Part shown: one piece after another, positions 9,733 through 20,234 of the stretch
Numbering within the stretch: position 1 is the first letter of the stretch
How the letters are laid out: each line of letters opens with the position of its first letter
IMG/VR virus record: IMGVR_UViG_3300044568_002024
Span: 4,133 to 68,132 of that record
Length of the DNA stretch: 64,000 nt
Source: a virus
Strand: one strand, 5' to 3'
Position numbers and translations under genes: made by a program
Notes under the pieces: model-generated
Seen by the model: only the letters and a program-made list of their open reading frames with translations
What the model was told of the DNA's origin: nothing
Database searches by the model: none

Positions 9733-10125
9733 GTGACCAATCAAGAAGTATACGATATTGGTAAAAAACTAGAATCATTTAATTACATAAATCAATATGA
9801 TTTGGATAATTACTACATAGGTTATTTGATTCAAGTTGAAAATACAATCTATCAAGTTATCGTAAATCAACATAATTTGTTAATTGATCCATACGAAGAA
9901 GCAGAGGTATTTAGATCATTTGGATTAGATGGTGGTAAATCTCTTGTCAATGGTATAAACGCACATTTTCCTTTTCCAAATGATGATGATGATGAATCAA
10001 AACACGATCTTAATGTTGATCCTTTTGAACTGATTTCAAAATTCGATGAGAATGGGGATGAGATAAAAGATACATCGGCAAATAAAATGAATGTGAATTT
10101 AACAGATTTTAATAAACCTTGGTAA
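9733..10125 (+). CDS. Hypothetical acidic protein
   Basis: GAGG SD, GTG start. Confidence 0.65.
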   Translation: MTNQEVYDIGKKLESFNYINQYDLDNYYIGYLIQVENTIYQVIVNQHNLLIDPYEEAEVFRSFGLDGGKSLVNGINAHFPFPNDDDDESKHDLNVDPFELISKFDENGDEIKDTSANKMNVNLTDFNKPW

Positions 10126-10128
10126 GTT

Positions 10129-10386
10129 ATGATTACAATTAAACATTTCACTGCATCGTGGTGTCAGCCATGTAAGCAACTGTCTCCTATTATGAGAGAG
10201 TTGAGTTCCCAAAATCCAACAGTTGGCTATCAAGTAATTGATATTGATAACAACTCTCATGTTGCACAACAATATGGTGTTCGTGCAGTTCCAACAATAG
10301 TTTTTGAGAAGCACGGTTCTGTTGTTCAAACAGTTGTTGGTGTCCAACCAAAATCATATTATCAAAATCTTATCAATAGTCTGTAA
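10129..10386 (+). CDS. trxA: Thioredoxin
   Basis: FTASWCQPCK, VRAVPT. Confidence 0.93.
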   Translation: MITIKHFTASWCQPCKQLSPIMRELSSQNPTVGYQVIDIDNNSHVAQQYGVRAVPTIVFEKHGSVVQTVVGVQPKSYYQNLINSL

Positions 10387-10394
10387 GGTGATTC

Positions 10395-11144
10395 ATGTCA
10401 GACTTCTTTCAGTATGATACGAAAGATGTCACAATAACTTTACCTGATGTTGTCATTGAAAGACATGAAAACATTTGGGTAGTCCGTGATGACTTACTTC
10501 CTGGTGGAACAAAAAGAAGATTTTTATATCGTTATCTTCAATCGCAATCTCATGTGAGAGAATGGGTATATGCATCACCGAGAGTTGGCTATGCTCAAGT
10601 TGCACTTGCTTATGTTTGTAAAGACTTGGGATTGAAAGCAACCGTTATCATTCCGAAAGGAAAACATCTACCATTAACAGACGAAGCAATCTCTATCGGT
10701 GCAAACATTATAGAAGTTCCAATGGGATTTCTTACACACATTCAACACGTTGCTAAAAAGTATGCAGTAGAAACTCCTGGCTCACAATTACTTCCGTTTG
10801 GTCTTGACCATCCTGTTGTTATAGATGAAGTTGCTAGAATTGCAAGTTCACTACCGATACAACCGAAAGAAATTTGGTCATGTATAAGTTCAGGTGTTCT
10901 TTCAAGAGGTTTGCAGAAGGCGTGGCCAAATGCAAAAGTATATGGTGTCAGAGTTGGTCACAACACTACTGATAGAGAAAAAGGTAGGGCAGAGATTTTC
11001 ATATCGAAGTATAAATTCACACAAAAATGTAAACCCGCAGAGAAACCACCGTTTCCATCTTCGGATTATTACGATTCAAAAGTTTGGTCATTTATTAAAG
11101 AACGGGCATCAGATGATGCTTTATTTTGGAATGTAGGAGGATAA
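10395..11144 (+). CDS. Fold-type II PLP-dependent enzyme (ACC deaminase/Cys desulfhydrase-like; possible DNA hypermodification enzyme)
   Basis: VVRDDLLPGGTKRR Schiff-base Lys motif, GYAQVALA, SSGVLSRG, LFWNVG. Confidence 0.75.
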   Translation: MSDFFQYDTKDVTITLPDVVIERHENIWVVRDDLLPGGTKRRFLYRYLQSQSHVREWVYASPRVGYAQVALAYVCKDLGLKATVIIPKGKHLPLTDEAISIGANIIEVPMGFLTHIQHVAKKYAVETPGSQLLPFGLDHPVVIDEVARIASSLPIQPKEIWSCISSGVLSRGLQKAWPNAKVYGVRVGHNTTDREKGRAEIFISKYKFTQKCKPAEKPPFPSSDYYDSKVWSFIKERASDDALFWNVGG

Positions 11145-11145
11145 A

Positions 11146-11646
11146 ATGAGTTTAGTTGGCAAATGGTTTCCCAATTACAAATTAAATTACACAAATGATT
11201 TGGATTTAACAGTAAAATTTCGTAAATTAGTTCCTGAAGCAGTAACACCGGAGTATGCTCAAAACGGTGATGCTGGTTTAGATTTAACTGCAACATCATT
11301 TAGATTTACTGATACATTCATGGAATACGGAACAGGTATTGCTGTAGAAATTCCAAGTGGTCATGTTGGTCTTCTGTTTCCGAGAAGTTCAATCACAAAG
11401 GCACCATCTGGTGTTTCATTGAAAAATTCAGTTGGAGTTATTGATTCAAATTATCGTGGTGAGATACTCGTTAGATTTGAAAAACCAACACATGAAACTT
11501 ATGTTGAAAATCATATTCCAGTTGTTGGTGACAAAGTTGCTCAGTTGATAATTCTGCCATACCCAAAGGTTTATTTTGAAGAAGTTCAAGAATTGTCTGA
11601 TACTAATAGAGGTAACGGTGGATTTGGTTCAACGGATAAAAAATGA
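11146..11646 (+). CDS. dut: Trimeric dUTPase
   Basis: AGLDL, PRSS, GVIDSNYRGE, AQLII, RGNGGFGST. Confidence 0.95.
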   Translation: MSLVGKWFPNYKLNYTNDLDLTVKFRKLVPEAVTPEYAQNGDAGLDLTATSFRFTDTFMEYGTGIAVEIPSGHVGLLFPRSSITKAPSGVSLKNSVGVIDSNYRGEILVRFEKPTHETYVENHIPVVGDKVAQLIILPYPKVYFEEVQELSDTNRGNGGFGSTDKK

Positions 11647-11651
11647 TTTGT

Positions 11652-11660
11652 ATATTTATA
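11652..11660 (+). promoter_or_regulatory. Putative late promoter ATATTTATA
   Basis: Intergenic, 30 bp before ATG 11691. Confidence 0.6.
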
Positions 11661-11690
11661 GTAAACTGATTTTCATAACAGAGAGAAATT

Positions 11691-12338
11691 ATGGCAAAGT
11701 TAAAACATCTATTACCCGATAAACAATTAAATGAGAGTGGTCTTGCTCGTTTAGCAAAACATATGTCTGAACATGACTGTGGAACAATAACTGCATTCCG
11801 TTCAAAAGAGGGATGTGCGGGTCCAGAAGACAAATCATATACAAAGGCAGATAATCAAAAAAGAAATAAACAACTTTATGCAAATCTTCAAATGTTAGGA
11901 TATGCCGCTACTGCCGTTCATGGTGCATACATTGAAAACTATGGAACGCCAGATGCAAAGGAAGTTAGAGAAAATGTATATTTCGTTGTTGATATTCGTG
12001 ATAAAGGATCTTTGCGCAATGATCTTGAAAATCTTGGTAACAAGTATCAACAAGATTCTGTATTGTTTATACCAAAAGGTGGCGAAGGATCAATCTTAAT
12101 CGGAACAAATGATTGTAAAAATTCTTATCCTGGATTTGGTAGAGAAATGAAATTCAGAGATAGAAAGATGGGGCAAGGTGGGGAATTTATGACAAAGATT
12201 TCAGGCAGGCCTTTCATGTTTGAAAGTAATTTGCTAGAAACAGTTATAGATGATAACTACTTTCAACATGCAAATATAATGGGTAAGTGGGCAACCAAGA
12301 CTATTGCAAAGGGCGATTGGAAAGATATTGATATTTAA
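11691..12338 (+). CDS. Hypothetical phage protein with MAKLKHLL..LNE leader
   Basis: CGTITAFRS, NQKRNKQL, YQQDSVLF. Confidence 0.7.
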   Translation: MAKLKHLLPDKQLNESGLARLAKHMSEHDCGTITAFRSKEGCAGPEDKSYTKADNQKRNKQLYANLQMLGYAATAVHGAYIENYGTPDAKEVRENVYFVVDIRDKGSLRNDLENLGNKYQQDSVLFIPKGGEGSILIGTNDCKNSYPGFGREMKFRDRKMGQGGEFMTKISGRPFMFESNLLETVIDDNYFQHANIMGKWATKTIAKGDWKDIDI

Positions 12339-12359
12339 TGTTTAACTAAAAGGTTTACT

Positions 12360-12644
12360 ATGAGCCGGTCATATAGAAAAAATTCAATAATAGGCAATAC
12401 GGGTTCATCTGAAAAATACGATAAAGTTCATGCTCACAGAAAGAGTAGGAAACAAATAAAGGATCATATTGCAGCAACTCATGGTGATTTAGATTCATTA
12501 CAAGAAATTCTAATGCCAATAGAAGATGAAGTATCTGATAATTGGACATCTTCAAAGGATGGTAAAACTTATTGGGATATAAATGAAAATGAAAATGATT
12601 CAGATTGGTTAAAAGATTTTAAGAAAAAACTTATGAGGAAATGA
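12360..12644 (+). CDS. Hypothetical basic protein
   Basis: MSRSYRK start, AAGGT SD. Confidence 0.7.
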   Translation: MSRSYRKNSIIGNTGSSEKYDKVHAHRKSRKQIKDHIAATHGDLDSLQEILMPIEDEVSDNWTSSKDGKTYWDINENENDSDWLKDFKKKLMRK

Positions 12645-12946
12645 TTGTTATGGATTTTATTATGGTTGAACCTGTTAGAAACAAATTAAGTGCATTTCAT
12701 TTTGATGGTAGTGAAAAATCTGCAAACGAAGCGCTTGATAAATGGGATTGTATCATCGGAAGAAGTGAGAATTTTGATAACAAATATGTAATAACATTTT
12801 CATCTAGTAAACAATGTTTTCCTAATGGATATATTGTTCTTGAAAATCAGGAACCAACTCCATATACACAAGATGAATTTATTAAGAAATATCAAATAGT
12901 ATACAATCTTAGAGACCGTGTGGGGAATTTTTATACAACAGATTAA
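12641..12946 (+). CDS. Hypothetical protein
   Basis: ATGA overlap with upstream gene. Confidence 0.65.
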   Translation: MIVMDFIMVEPVRNKLSAFHFDGSEKSANEALDKWDCIIGRSENFDNKYVITFSSSKQCFPNGYIVLENQEPTPYTQDEFIKKYQIVYNLRDRVGNFYTTD

Positions 12947-12957
12947 AATGGTGTTTC

Positions 12958-14184
12958 GTGGATCAAGATTACTTCCAACAATTTTACGGTATGGAACCGT
13001 ATCTTACAATAACTGCTGAACAAATAACATACATAAAAGAAAACTTCGATAAAGAATACGTAAAGGATCGTCTTGCTGAAATAGCAATGACATATCCTTT
13101 ACCGTATGCTGAAATTACTATTGACGATGCACAACGAGAGTTTCTAAAACTTAAAGGTATTCGTTGGAACGAACTTCTAAAAGAAGGAGAGTGGTTTCCA
13201 AGAAAGGCATCTGAACCAAAATATGCTTTGATATATGAAGGAAAACAGTTATATTTCAGTCGTTTGAATACTGGCAATGATGCATCAAATTATTTCCAAC
13301 AAAAGAATCGTTGGGAAGTTGATGCGTCAGTTTCGCCAGGTCCTGCTAGAACATGGTCTAACCATAAGTTTATGAAATCACTAATGGGTTCTATGTATTC
13401 GCTCAAGATGGAAACACTTGGTAAATCAGAATTAAGAACGATGTTAGGACTTCGTAAATATATCTGTTCACAATTCAAACCAAATGTTGCTAAAGTTCTA
13501 TACGAAATGTTAGGTGCAAAGAATGTATTGGACTTTTCTATGGGATGGGGTGACAGACTTGCTGGTTTTTATGCAGCATCTTGTACCCAACATTATGTTG
13601 GATTGGATCCAAGAGTAGAGAATCATCCGATATATGAAGAACAAAAAGAGTTCTATGAAAAGAATTTAGGTTTCTTTGAAAGTAAAAAGAAAACAAATTT
13701 CTATACATCACCAGCAGAAGATTTTGATTTCACACAATATCCGGAACACTTTGACTTGGTGTTTACATCGCCTCCGTATTTTAATGTTGAAAAGTATTCG
13801 CAATCAAACACACAAAGTTGGGTTCGATATAAAGGTATTGATGAATGGAATAAAAACTTTCTGCATAAAACATTGAGTAATATCATCCCATCATTGAGAG
13901 TTGGTGGTATTATGGCAATAAACATTGCAGATGTTTACACAAACTCTGCATGGTCTACCGGTCGTCAATGGTTAGAGATAACAAATCCAATGAGTGATTT
14001 CCTTGTAGAGAATGGAATGGAATATATCGGTTGTATCGGAATGGAAATGTCAAAGAGACCAAACTCTGCCGGTGCCGGAACTGCAACAAGAGACGGACAC
14101 TTCCTTGATGATAGTGTAGAATTTGCAGAAAAGAATAAAGATAAAAAGTTTTGTGAACCAATATGGATGTTTAGAAGAGTTTAA
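12958..14184 (+). CDS. DNA amino-methyltransferase (m6A/m4C) paralog 1
   Basis: LDFSMGWGDR (SAM motif I), FTSPPYF (motif IV), C-terminal EPIWMF. Confidence 0.8.
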   Translation: MDQDYFQQFYGMEPYLTITAEQITYIKENFDKEYVKDRLAEIAMTYPLPYAEITIDDAQREFLKLKGIRWNELLKEGEWFPRKASEPKYALIYEGKQLYFSRLNTGNDASNYFQQKNRWEVDASVSPGPARTWSNHKFMKSLMGSMYSLKMETLGKSELRTMLGLRKYICSQFKPNVAKVLYEMLGAKNVLDFSMGWGDRLAGFYAASCTQHYVGLDPRVENHPIYEEQKEFYEKNLGFFESKKKTNFYTSPAEDFDFTQYPEHFDLVFTSPPYFNVEKYSQSNTQSWVRYKGIDEWNKNFLHKTLSNIIPSLRVGGIMAINIADVYTNSAWSTGRQWLEITNPMSDFLVENGMEYIGCIGMEMSKRPNSAGAGTATRDGHFLDDSVEFAEKNKDKKFCEPIWMFRRV

Positions 14185-14185
14185 T

Positions 14186-16702
14186 ATGTATCAAAACATT
14201 TTCGTAAAAACAAATACAAAAGAAGCATGGGTTTGGGATGATGTCAAAGGTTTAATGCACTTTGAATATACTCCGTATGCTTACAAGAAAGATCCTAATG
14301 GTAAATATGTTTCTCTTTATGGGGATAAACTTTCAAAGGTTACAAACTTTGTTAAAAATGATCCAGACTTATTTGAATCTGATATTGCAGAGACAACGCG
14401 TATTCTTGTTGATATGTATGGTGATTCAGATATGCCATCAAAGGGCATTGTAACCATGACATTCGATATTGAGGTGGAAATGATTACAGGTCTTCCGGAT
14501 CCAACACAAGGAAATAATGAAGTCACATCTATTGCATATCACGACTCTGCATCAGACCATTATACAATTCTCGTATTGGATAAGAAAAGAAAGTTGGAAT
14601 CGAAAACCACGGATAACAAAACAGTGATTCCATGCTACGATGAAAAAACTTTGTTATTGAAATTCATAGATGCAATTCAAGAAATCCAACCTCATGTTAT
14701 GACCGGTTGGAATTGTGATGCGTTCGATATTCCATATTTGTATAATCGTATCAAAAGAGTTCTTGGAAAAAAACAAGCACAAAATCTTTCTGTTATCGGC
14801 GAAATGTTTTACTCACCATATAGAAATCGTTACACAATCGGTGGAACATCGGTGCTTGATTACATGACTGTTTACAAAAAGTTTTCATATAAGGAATTGC
14901 CATCGTATGCCCTAAACTATGTTTGTAATACCGAACTTGGTCGTGGTAAGGTTGAGTATGAGGGAAATCTTGATGACTTGATGGAAAATGATATTGATAC
15001 ATTCATTGAATACAACATTACAGACGTTGAGTTGGTAATTGAATTAGATAAGAAATTACAATACATTGATTTGGTTAGAGGTATCGCCCATGTCGGTCAT
15101 GTTCCTTATGAAGACTTTGTTTATTCGTCAAAGTATCTTGAAGGTGCGATGCTCACATATCTGAAACACATTGGTGGGGTTGTTGCACCAAACAAACCAG
15201 CAGATAGACAAGAGAAGATGCAAGAATTGAAAGATAGTGGAGAGAAAGGATTCATTGGAGCATTCGTTAAGGATCCTGTACCTGGTAGATATGAGTGGAT
15301 GTATGACTTGGACTTAACATCACTTTATCCGTCAATCATTATGACATTAAACATTTCACCTGAAACAAAGATTGCTAAGATTGATAATTGGGATGCAGAA
15401 CAATTTCTTCGTGGTAATGTAGATGAATATATTGTTGGTGGTGAAAAGGTATCGAAAGAAAAGTTAAAGGCATTTTTGGATAAATACAAATACACAGTTG
15501 CATCAAACGGTGTTATGTATAGTTCAGAAAGAACGGGACTAATTCCTGCAATTCTTTCTGATTGGTTTGATAAACGAGTTGAATACAAAGATGAAATGAA
15601 GAAATGGGGTAAAGCTGGTGACACAGCAAAATATGAGTTCTATAAGAAAAGACAGTTGGTTCAAAAGATTCTTCTTAATTCTATGTATGGTATTTTAGGT
15701 CTACCTGCATTTCGTTTTTATGATATTGATAATGCTGAGGCGGTTACTCTTTCTGGTCAAACTGTGATTAAGAAAACAGAAGCGGCAATCAATATGAAAT
15801 ACAACAAAGAATTGAAAACGGATGATACAGATTATGTTCAATATGTTGATACTGATTCCGTGTTTGTTTCATGTTTGCCACTCGTTAAGAATAGATTTCC
15901 AGATATTGATACTGATGATATTGAATTGATGACACCAAAGATTTATGAGATTGCAACGGAAGTTCAAAATTATGTCAATCAATTCTATGATGTATTTGCT
16001 AAAAAGATATTCAATACGGAAAAACACAGATTAGAAATCAAACAAGAAATGATTGGTAGGACTGGCTTCTGGCAAAAGAAAAAGAGATATGCTCTTTGGA
16101 TTATATCTGACAACGGTGTTCCGATGGATAAATTGGAAGTGAAAGGTTTGGATATTGTTCGTTCATCATTCCCCAAATCATTTCAGAAACTTATGAGAGA
16201 AGTCATGGTGGATATTCTCAAAGACAAGGACAAGGAAGAAATAGATGAAAACATATTGACTTTCAAACGAAAATTGAATACAGTTTTGTATTCAGAGGTT
16301 GCCAAAACATCTTCGATAAAAGATATTAAAAAATATGCAAGTATGGTAAGTGATGATGTTCTTGGTAAGTTTGGTAAAGGAACGCCATCACATATCAAGG
16401 CGGCCATGAACTACAATAATCTGTTAAAAGTATTTGGTTGTCCTCCAAAGTTTCCGCCAATCAAAAATGGTGATAAGGTTAAGATTGCTTATTTGAAAAA
16501 CAACAAATACGGATTGGAAGAGTTGGCGTTTCGTGGTGATTCGGATCCAGAACAAATCATTGAATTTATCAAAGAACATTTTGATGCCAATGAATTATTT
16601 GTGTCTGAATTGGATGGCAAGTTAAGAAACTTTTATGAGGCAATGAAGTGGGATTTCCCAACAGAGAATAAAAAAGTTGCACAAAAGTTTTTTTCGTTTT
16701 GA
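14186..16702 (+). CDS. polB: Family B DNA polymerase (T4 gp43-like)
   Basis: FDIE, TGWNCDAFDIPY, YNITDV exonuclease motifs; DLTSLYPS, KILLNSMYG, YVDTDS, KKRYA. Confidence 0.97.
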   Translation: MYQNIFVKTNTKEAWVWDDVKGLMHFEYTPYAYKKDPNGKYVSLYGDKLSKVTNFVKNDPDLFESDIAETTRILVDMYGDSDMPSKGIVTMTFDIEVEMITGLPDPTQGNNEVTSIAYHDSASDHYTILVLDKKRKLESKTTDNKTVIPCYDEKTLLLKFIDAIQEIQPHVMTGWNCDAFDIPYLYNRIKRVLGKKQAQNLSVIGEMFYSPYRNRYTIGGTSVLDYMTVYKKFSYKELPSYALNYVCNTELGRGKVEYEGNLDDLMENDIDTFIEYNITDVELVIELDKKLQYIDLVRGIAHVGHVPYEDFVYSSKYLEGAMLTYLKHIGGVVAPNKPADRQEKMQELKDSGEKGFIGAFVKDPVPGRYEWMYDLDLTSLYPSIIMTLNISPETKIAKIDNWDAEQFLRGNVDEYIVGGEKVSKEKLKAFLDKYKYTVASNGVMYSSERTGLIPAILSDWFDKRVEYKDEMKKWGKAGDTAKYEFYKKRQLVQKILLNSMYGILGLPAFRFYDIDNAEAVTLSGQTVIKKTEAAINMKYNKELKTDDTDYVQYVDTDSVFVSCLPLVKNRFPDIDTDDIELMTPKIYEIATEVQNYVNQFYDVFAKKIFNTEKHRLEIKQEMIGRTGFWQKKKRYALWIISDNGVPMDKLEVKGLDIVRSSFPKSFQKLMREVMVDILKDKDKEEIDENILTFKRKLNTVLYSEVAKTSSIKDIKKYASMVSDDVLGKFGKGTPSHIKAAMNYNNLLKVFGCPPKFPPIKNGDKVKIAYLKNNKYGLEELAFRGDSDPEQIIEFIKEHFDANELFVSELDGKLRNFYEAMKWDFPTENKKVAQKFFSF

Positions 16703-16728
16703 TAATTCAAGTTTTTTTCGTATATTTG
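16698..16728 (+). promoter_or_regulatory. Bacteroidota-type -33/-7 promoter
   Basis: TTTG-N19-TATATTTG upstream of clamp gene. Confidence 0.7.
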
Positions 16729-16763
16729 TATACATTATTTACTAATCATTAAGGATTTTTGTT

Positions 16764-17483
16764 ATGGAAAAATCAAAATTGCTCAACTTTATCAGCAAGT
16801 ATCACTTGGGTAAGTTGATTCAATCTGTTGCTTGGAATGTAAACAGTGGTCTATCTACTCGTTTTATTTCCGATGATAAATGTGTTGTTGGTGAAGTTAA
16901 GTTAAAAAGTTTTCAAGGTGACGATTGGAAGTTTGGTGTTTACAATACAGACTTGCTTGTAAGTTTGTTGGGTGTTCTTGGTAACACAGTAAACTTTCAA
17001 GTCAATGGTGCCGGTGATAAGGCATTCTCATTGACTATTGATGACAAATCAACTACTGTAAACTATATGTTGGCTGACCTTGCAGTTATTCCACCTGCAC
17101 CAGACCTTAAAGAATTGCCACCATTTGAATTGGATATTACAATTACAAAAGAATTTATTGATAAATTTATCAAAGCTAAATCTGCTTTGTCTGATATTGA
17201 GAAGTTCACTGTATTGAAGAATGAAAAATTGAACAAATATCAAATTGTTCTTGGTTATTCAAATACAAATTCAAATCGTATCTCGATTGATATTGACTGC
17301 AATGCAAGTGGGGATATCGATCCTATTAGTTTCTCTGCAAAATACTTTAATGGTATTCTTGCCGCTAATAAAGACCTTAATGGTGGAACACTTAAAGTTT
17401 CTTCACAAGGTTTGGCAAAAGTTGAATTTGATATTGATGACTTTGAAGCAAAGTATTATTTGGTAAAATTGGATAACAACTAA
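16764..17483 (+). CDS. Sliding clamp (gp45/PCNA-like)
   Basis: 239 aa, FGVYNTDLLVSLL, LKVSSQGLAKVEF, YYLV; between polymerase and clamp loader. Confidence 0.75.
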   Translation: MEKSKLLNFISKYHLGKLIQSVAWNVNSGLSTRFISDDKCVVGEVKLKSFQGDDWKFGVYNTDLLVSLLGVLGNTVNFQVNGAGDKAFSLTIDDKSTTVNYMLADLAVIPPAPDLKELPPFELDITITKEFIDKFIKAKSALSDIEKFTVLKNEKLNKYQIVLGYSNTNSNRISIDIDCNASGDIDPISFSAKYFNGILAANKDLNGGTLKVSSQGLAKVEFDIDDFEAKYYLVKLDNN

Positions 17484-19105
17484 TGAAAAAGTATTTCTAT
17501 GAAAAAAGTGATGTCCTATCTTGGCCATCAAATATAACATACGGTGAACTTGTATCATATGATATGGATAAGTTTACTGAATGGGTTGAAGAATTGCGTC
17601 AAAGGTTTTTGAAAGATTGGGATGAAAACGGAAAGCCGCCACTCGTTGGCAGGAGTGAAGAAGAAATCGTGCAATCATTTTCAAAACTTCGTCAATTCAA
17701 TACATCAAAGATTTTTCATAGTCCAGAAAAAGGTAATGACGCTGACATCATCGGCGTCATTGCCAATTTTTCTAAAAATGGTTCTGCCGCCAATCAATTC
17801 TTCCCAACGATGTTAAAGACAAAAATTGGGGGTGGAACATCGGAAGAAACTGCGAGATCTATTTACGATTTCTTCACAGATGAAATGAAAGATACTTTTC
17901 TTCATGTTATGAAAAGAACTCTTTACAATGACTCAATGTATTTGTATAGTAAATCAATTTCTTCAAATCAAATTAGAAATCCATATTTTCGTGAGGGAGA
18001 AACACTTCGAGATTTCTTTTTAGCATTCAAGAATGGTGATGGTAGATTTGATGGTCAAGGTTTGCGTATTTCAAAAATATCATGCACACTTGATACATAC
18101 AATAAAAAGTATACGAAGTATTTGACTATAAAGGCAGATGAAATTCGTGAGTTTGTAAAGGATGGAACACTTGATGAAAGTATGACATTTTATCTTGGTG
18201 AAATTGATGAATTGACTGATACATTTATGATTAAAAAAGATGGAGAAGAACCAAGAGTTAATGTGTTTTTAGTCCGTGTATATGAAAAGAGTGCACGATT
18301 GTTTCCACAGGCATTCCAGATATTCCGTATTTCATTCTCACAACCGGCTGTAAACTTTCCACCAATGACTGCAAAGTTTTTGTATGAACATTTTACAAAA
18401 CATATTCCTGCAAGTGAAACTGTTACAGTTTATGATCCAAGTTCAGGATGGGGTGGAAGAATACTTGGTGCAATGTCTGTCAGTCGTGCAATACATTATG
18501 TTGGAACTGATCCCAATACTGATAATTTTATTTCTGATTTGGGAATATCAAGATATGAATATCTTGCTGATTTTTATTTGAAGTCCATCGGTGAGAAAGG
18601 TAGTTCTCTATCATCAAGATTTTTTGATGTAAAAGAAAACCACACCTATGAAGTTTTCCAAGACGGTTCGGAAGTAATTCAACACAATTCTAAATTCAAA
18701 AAATATGAAGGTAAGTTAGATTTTGCTTTCACATCGCCTCCATATTTTAATCGTGAAATGTATTCTGATGATGAAACGCAGTCATACAAATCACATGGCG
18801 AGTATGCAGATTGGAGAGATAACTTTCTTCGCCCAACACTTGAAACTGCTGTTAGATATTTGAAAAACGATAGATACCTTTGTTGGAACATTGCAAATAT
18901 CAAAGTATCTGCAAATAAAACAATTCATCTTGAAGAAGATTCTATTGAGATATTGAAATCACTTGGTATGGAATACAAAGGTAAAATCTGTATGTTAATG
19001 ACAAAGATGATTGGTAATTCCGATCCAGAGAGACTTGCAAATAAAGTTTTATTCAACGGTGAGTGGTTCAAACACGAACCGATATTTGTTTTCAGAAAAC
19101 CATAA
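17483..19105 (+). CDS. DNA amino-methyltransferase paralog 2
   Basis: YDPSSGWGGR, FTSPPYF, HEPIFVF. Confidence 0.8.
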   Translation: MKKYFYEKSDVLSWPSNITYGELVSYDMDKFTEWVEELRQRFLKDWDENGKPPLVGRSEEEIVQSFSKLRQFNTSKIFHSPEKGNDADIIGVIANFSKNGSAANQFFPTMLKTKIGGGTSEETARSIYDFFTDEMKDTFLHVMKRTLYNDSMYLYSKSISSNQIRNPYFREGETLRDFFLAFKNGDGRFDGQGLRISKISCTLDTYNKKYTKYLTIKADEIREFVKDGTLDESMTFYLGEIDELTDTFMIKKDGEEPRVNVFLVRVYEKSARLFPQAFQIFRISFSQPAVNFPPMTAKFLYEHFTKHIPASETVTVYDPSSGWGGRILGAMSVSRAIHYVGTDPNTDNFISDLGISRYEYLADFYLKSIGEKGSSLSSRFFDVKENHTYEVFQDGSEVIQHNSKFKKYEGKLDFAFTSPPYFNREMYSDDETQSYKSHGEYADWRDNFLRPTLETAVRYLKNDRYLCWNIANIKVSANKTIHLEEDSIEILKSLGMEYKGKICMLMTKMIGNSDPERLANKVLFNGEWFKHEPIFVFRKP

Positions 19106-19106
19106 T

Positions 19107-20171
19107 ATGAAAGTAGATAGTGAAAGTTTAGGTAAATTTTTTGATGTTGATCCGCTAGAAGTTCGTCTGTGGAAAGAAACGGGCGAATACTTTGCAGGTA
19201 AAAGAGAATTGGATGATACGATTGATTGTATCTTTCAGTATTACCGCAAACATGGTTATCCGTATATGAAAATCACCGAACAAGAAAAACATGAACACAT
19301 GAGAAAACTTCAACAGTTTGATTATGATTCTATTTTCAAAGATGGTGATATAATTCAAACCATGAACGGACTTCGATTGGCGTGGTCATACTTTCCTCAT
19401 GCAATGGAAGTAAAGTGTGGCAATTCTAAAATGTCTCCTATGGATAATTTTTTGAATGACCAAACATTCAAAATGACTATTCGTAAATGTTTGAAATGGT
19501 TATCAAAACATTGGGGTGGTTCTTTTCAAGAAAACCGTTTGCGTCAATCACTTAAAATATATTCTGGTGTTCAAGGTGTTTCCAATTTCAGACCAACTGC
19601 CGCCGGTGTTATCTATAAAAAATATGGCGGTGACGGTGTTATGTGGGATATGTCTTGCGGTTGGGGTGGAAGATTGGTGGGTGCTCTTGCATCACCATAC
19701 ATCAAAACGTATATCGGAACTGAACCATCTACAAAAACATTTGAAGGACTATGTAAACTTCGTGATGACTTTGATTATCTTGGGAAAGATATTCAATTAA
19801 ACATGATGGGTTCAGAAGATTATCTTCCAGAAGCAGAAACATTAGACTTATGTTTTACTTCACCACCATATTTTGATACAGAAAAATATGCAGATGAAGA
19901 AACACAGTCATACAATAAGTTTCCAACAAGAGAAGATTGGGGTTCTGGTTTCTTACAAGGGACATTTCGGAATTGTTATCATGGATTGAAAAAGGGTGGC
20001 TATATGTTAATCAACATAGCCAACACACCAAAGTATAAAGACCTCGAAGAAATGACTATAAAGTATGCCAACTTAGTTGGCTTTACTCATACTGATACCC
20101 TACAACTGATACTATCTGCCGTCATGGGTGCAGGATATAAAAGAGAGCCAATCTTTGTTTTTCAAAAATAA
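19107..20171 (+). CDS. DNA amino-methyltransferase paralog 3
   Basis: WDMSCGWGGR, FTSPPYF, REPIFVF; ATG 19107 just after upstream stop. Confidence 0.8.
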   Translation: MKVDSESLGKFFDVDPLEVRLWKETGEYFAGKRELDDTIDCIFQYYRKHGYPYMKITEQEKHEHMRKLQQFDYDSIFKDGDIIQTMNGLRLAWSYFPHAMEVKCGNSKMSPMDNFLNDQTFKMTIRKCLKWLSKHWGGSFQENRLRQSLKIYSGVQGVSNFRPTAAGVIYKKYGGDGVMWDMSCGWGGRLVGALASPYIKTYIGTEPSTKTFEGLCKLRDDFDYLGKDIQLNMMGSEDYLPEAETLDLCFTSPPYFDTEKYADEETQSYNKFPTREDWGSGFLQGTFRNCYHGLKKGGYMLINIANTPKYKDLEEMTIKYANLVGFTHTDTLQLILSAVMGAGYKREPIFVFQK

Positions 20172-20203
20172 TTTGGATCTTATCTAGAAATTTTGTATAT
20201 TAG
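20172..20203 (+). promoter_or_regulatory. Bacteroidota-type promoter variant
   Basis: TTTG-N20-TATATTAG. Confidence 0.6.
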
Positions 20204-20234
20204 TATATGAATTTATCAAACATTAAGGTATGTT

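Noticed and set aside
3113-16702. Introns or inteins in RNR, polymerase or helicase
   Set aside because: ORFs are uninterrupted, of ordinary length, with no intein or LAGLIDADG motifs
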